Source of the DNA: Octopus sinensis
Lineage: Eukaryota
Direction of reading: 5' to 3'
Length of the DNA stretch: 64,000 nucleotides
Assembly (NCBI RefSeq): GCF_006345805.1
Contig: NC_043011.1
Coordinates: 22,208,464-22,272,463 of the forward strand
The notes under the pieces were generated by a model. It worked only from the letters and a program-made list of their open reading frames with translations, was not told the origin of the DNA and searched no databases. Every line of letters begins with the position of its first letter. Positions within the stretch are counted from its first letter, which is position 1. A program made the translations under genes and the position numbers. Shown piece by piece: positions 61,316 through 64,000 of the stretch.

Positions 61316-64000
61316 GAAGCATTACACATCCAGCAAAATTGGATGCTAGTTTCATTTCTCTCCAACCTTTGCACATCATCTGCATTCAGAGGCATGAAAC
61401 GTTTTTGCATCACTGATTTAATGTTTAACTCATCCCCTCCTCTCTCTGATTGTGTGTATAAGCATATTTCCCTTTTATGTCTGAAGAGAGGGGGAAGTCA
61501 TTTGCTAACATCAGTTTCCACTTATATTTCAGAGTTGAGAAATAGAAAGAATAATTAGCTGTAAAAATTAATGCTCAAAAGAAAGGGAAAAAAAAAATGC
61601 TCAGAGCAAACAATGGAAATGAATGTGATATAACACAAAAACAAACAAAGACAAGAATTACCTTGCAACTTTAGATTTATTGAAGCCATAGTGATGATGC
61701 TTATCTTGATCCCAATGCACAAAGTTAATTTTGAAATGTTTTAGTTAGCTTTAGTAGATTATTTAATATAACTAAAGATTATCAGCTTAAATTTTATTTA
61801 GCTATTTCAGAAAAAAAGTTAAAAGAAAAAAATGTACAATGTGTATTTAAATTATTCTAAGCCTTATTCAAATTCAAAATGATATTTTTAATATAAATTA
61901 TAAATCATATATAATTTATTCCAAATCTATATAAAATAATGTTTCTATATATCACAGTTTTTTTTTAATGAGTTAGAACAGCGATGTACAATATGGTCCA
62001 AAGGAACCACAAGTGGTCCAACCCAAAGTCTTGGTGGTCCACAGTGAGTTTTACGTCCAGCTGTATAGCATGATGCAATTAAAAGGAAATTTATATCTGG
62101 TGGTCCATGATATTTATTTCATGAATTCTGTGAACCACCTTCGGAAAAAGCTTGTGCATCATTCAGTTAAAAAATAGCAGCTTCGGGAACATAAAGAAGA
62201 AAGCAAATTCAATTTAATTTCTAAATTATTGTTTTTGATAGCCCTATCTGTGATAAAATTATGAAAGTGTAAGTTACCGCAGGAGACAGATAGCTTAAAA
62301 AATAATAATAAAGAGGCAACAATGGGAGATGAGACTGCGTTCAGAGCTGAGCACCAAAACCAAAGTTAAGCTTCAGAATAAAAGTTTTCTGATTTAGAAT
62401 TTAACAAAAAGTTATATTAAAGAAGTAATCAGTATGTTAGAAATAAATCCAACACATGCTTTGTTAAGTATACAGACTGTAAGAAAAGTACAATCTGTTG
62501 TATTGCCCAGGTCATGTCCAGTAGCCAGAAAGATATCCTGTTTGGAATCCTGTAATAATCTCAAATCTGCATGTATCAAGGTTGTTCTAAGTTTTCATAT
62601 TGAGAATCTGTTAAAAAGAAGAAAGAAAAAACAGCATAAACAAAAAAATATATATTCAAAAAACAATAATATAAGGTAGTTAGTAGGGTAATGGAATTAA
62701 TTAATGGGAATTGGTTCTAATTTACTTGACATAACTGTTTTAATAGAAGGATGGATAATGGTCTATATGGAGTTTGTAATGGATGAGATGTTAAATCTCC
62801 CCTTTGGGTGCAGCCTCAATGTACTTAACAATTCCTAAGATATGGTAGTTATCTTCAACAGTTACATGAATTGAGGATCGTAGAATTAAATAAACAATTA
62901 AACTCCTGCAGCTGATAATAACTCACAATTTTTTAACTAGTAGTCCAAGAACTTATTCACATAACTAACTTATCTCTTATTTTTGAGTCTTCAAAGTGCT
63001 AAGTTGAGCAGGTTTTCAGAAATATTGTGTTGTCTAAGAACCAGAGTGTTTCCCTCTCACCCAAAAAAGAAAACAAAATATAATTGGCTGCAGGTTGGCT
63101 ATAGGAATACATTGAATATCAAATAAACAGTGTGGAAGTATTTTGATTTAACTTACAATGACATTTATTTAGAAAGAAAAGTAACTTGGTTCAAGTAACA
63201 ATATACAGCATCTATAAATAGGATATGAACTTGTGTCTTATGAATAGGGCACCAATCCAAGTAGTAATCTTCAGCTCTGATATTTTCTTCACAATGAAAC
63301 TTTTACTTTATATTTTGGTCAAGGAAAATACTCAAATATTGCAGCCAATTCCTGGATCAGTTTCGTGTGAGAAAGAAATTTTCTTGGGCATGGTTTTGCT
63401 CAAGAAAGTGTGCACAAAATAAAACTGTTCTACTTTGTTGCATTGTTACGAGTAAGAGTTTAATGAATATGAAGCAGGTTGTTTTCTGGATTCTTAGTCA
63501 GGAATTGAAACCTTAGCCTGGATTTTTCTGTTAGCTCCTTTCTATTGTTCTTGGCTTTAGTGCTTAGAAATTTATGAGAGCCAACTGTCATACTTAGATA
63601 AATCTTATTGTTTAACTTAAAATCTTAGATTAAATTCTGTTCAACAGAGATAAGCCCATTCACTTTCTTTTGTTCTCTGACTTACATCTTGATTTCTAAC
63701 ATATATAAATATAGAACTCCTCTTCTTTCACTTGGCATCTTTGCCAAAGGTGTATCCTCTCTTTCATTCAGTACCTCTTCTGAGGGAGCATGTTCTCTGA
63801 AAATTTTAGGGCAGTTTGTTTTTGTTTTTAGTCACATCACATCATTCTCTTTCTAGCATGCCTATATCTTCTTAGCCTCTACAAATGACTCAAATACTAC
63901 CAAAAGTGTGCAAGCTGTGTCATTACTAGCATCCTCTATCACTTCAAAACAGCAAAATGTTACAGCTTTGGTGTACTGTTCCTAACAACAAACTCAAAAA

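Overview
AT-rich, repeat-dense eukaryotic genomic DNA. Its SINE, RTE and microsatellite content resembles octopus (coleoid cephalopod) DNA; the species call is inference. The window holds one complete protein-coding gene that the ORF track misses because it is split into small exons: KTI12 (Elongator cofactor, PSTK-like P-loop ATPase), + strand, 9 coding exons from 2732 to 56992 (825 nt, 274 aa). Joined protein: MPLVILCGLPCSGKSTVSQSLASYFQEQSKNVDIISIHSVGLDRNSLFADSMKEREARGLLKSAVQRSISKEYVTILDAMNYTKGFRYELYCVAKSSSTPHCVVYCAANLQQCSEWNKNRLESEQYSEDILEQLAQCLEMPSSQTRWDSPLFVIQKGDELPKQKIADALFSRKAPPPNMSTQSQPLSSTNFLYDLDCVTNTTIKTIMQAQSSSVPGDQFTIPGVEEKIVFNRHLPLSELQRYRRQFITYTKMHPVEDTKKLSCMFVSYLNSYIS. The last intron has clear U12 (minor spliceosome) signals. 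The introns contain tRNA-derived SINEs, RTE LINE 3' ends with an expandable 63-66 bp minisatellite, CR1/L2-like and Penelope fragments (with hammerhead-ribozyme motifs), mariner, maT, hAT, piggyBac and Merlin-like DNA transposon remnants, and two inverted near-identical Helitrons. Nearly all listed ORFs are spurious or transposon debris. No rRNA, true tRNA or CRISPR array was found. All alignments and counts were done by eye.
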